A DNA stretch of 64,000 nucleotides. It comes from a virus. Lineage: Duplodnaviria > Caudoviricetes. Of the stretch, positions 63,635-64,000 are shown piece after piece (the stretch's first letter is position 1; each line of letters starts with the position of its first letter). The notes beneath the pieces were generated by a model. That model was not told the origin of the DNA. It did no database searches and saw only the letters and a program-made list of their open reading frames with translations. The position numbers were made by a program, and so were the translations under genes. The DNA lies in IMG/VR virus record IMGVR_UViG_2974623298_000001, positions 1-64,000 of that record; one strand, written 5' to 3'.

Positions 63635-63979
63635 TCACCTCCATTGCTTTGAGGGCTCATCCCACACCTTGACGCCCGACTCTGGATACTCCAGGTACGT
63701 GTCGAGCCTTTCGTGGTAGTCGTACTCGGCGGTTACCACTTGCCCCTGGTTGAGTACCACCAAGCCAGCGTTGCCGTGAGGGGTGGGCGGGAACAGGTGG
63801 GCGATGCGCAGCTCTCCGATCTCGCAGCTGTCTACATCGGCTCCGTCGAGAACGATCTCGTAATCGTCGGGCACGTCGGCAAGCGCGGCCTTCATCTCGC
63901 CAACCGAGGCGGACCACTTGTTGGACCACTTCATGTTCTCGGGATCATCGCCCACAGGTTCGGGCATGAACATTCCCAT
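63635..63979 (-). CDS. hypothetical protein
   Basis: 114 aa, RBS AAGGAGG. Confidence 0.65.
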   Translation of the reverse strand: MGMFMPEPVGDDPENMKWSNKWSASVGEMKAALADVPDDYEIVLDGADVDSCEIGELRIAHLFPPTPHGNAGLVVLNQGQVVTAEYDYHERLDTYLEYPESGVKVWDEPSKQWR

Positions 63980-64000
63980 CTCAGTCCTCCTTGTACTTGA

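Noticed and set aside
900-64000. Very frequent TCGA/CTCGAG sites as the methyltransferase target
   Set aside because: Explainable by common codon pairs (CTC GAG, ATC GAG, GTC GAG); cannot be linked to the MTase without k-mer statistics or a methylome.

Overview
The window looks like most of the genome of a GC-rich, apparently lytic long-tailed siphovirus of an Actinomycetota host, probably a mycolic-acid-containing one such as Gordonia or Rhodococcus (inferred from the LysB-like esterase, WhiB, MmpS-like protein and split lysin A). Layout: (1) 1-830 is a non-coding, AT-rich, repeat-rich origin-like region. (2) 834-5521 is a leftward replication block with a Zn-finger/P-loop helicase and a separate AEP primase. 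(3) 5670-37460 is a rightward packaging and virion block: TerL, Mu-like portal/head genes, a beta-helix protein, major capsid and tail proteins, a tRNA-Asn inside the tail operon, a -1 frameshifted chaperone, a 3349-aa tape measure with two peptidoglycan-hydrolase domains, and minor tail proteins. (4) 37457-41158 is a lysis cassette with a holin and a two-gene lysin A. (5) 41155-64000 is a leftward arm of DNA/nucleotide metabolism and small accessory genes: RecB/Cas4-like nuclease, WhiB, DNA methyltransferase, LysB-like, MazG-like, RusA, NDT-like, beta clamp, oligoribonuclease, SNF2 helicase, secreted proteins and HNH. I found no integrase, immunity repressor, DNA polymerase or CRISPR array. 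The most unusual observations are an intact WhiB with no in-frame start codon lying in the -1 frame behind a C_CCT_TTA slippery site, a small ORF whose start codon sits in the loop of a perfect 18-bp hairpin, and a possible degenerate TGT-like/TerS protein next to TerL. All functional calls come from motif recognition by eye, not database searches.
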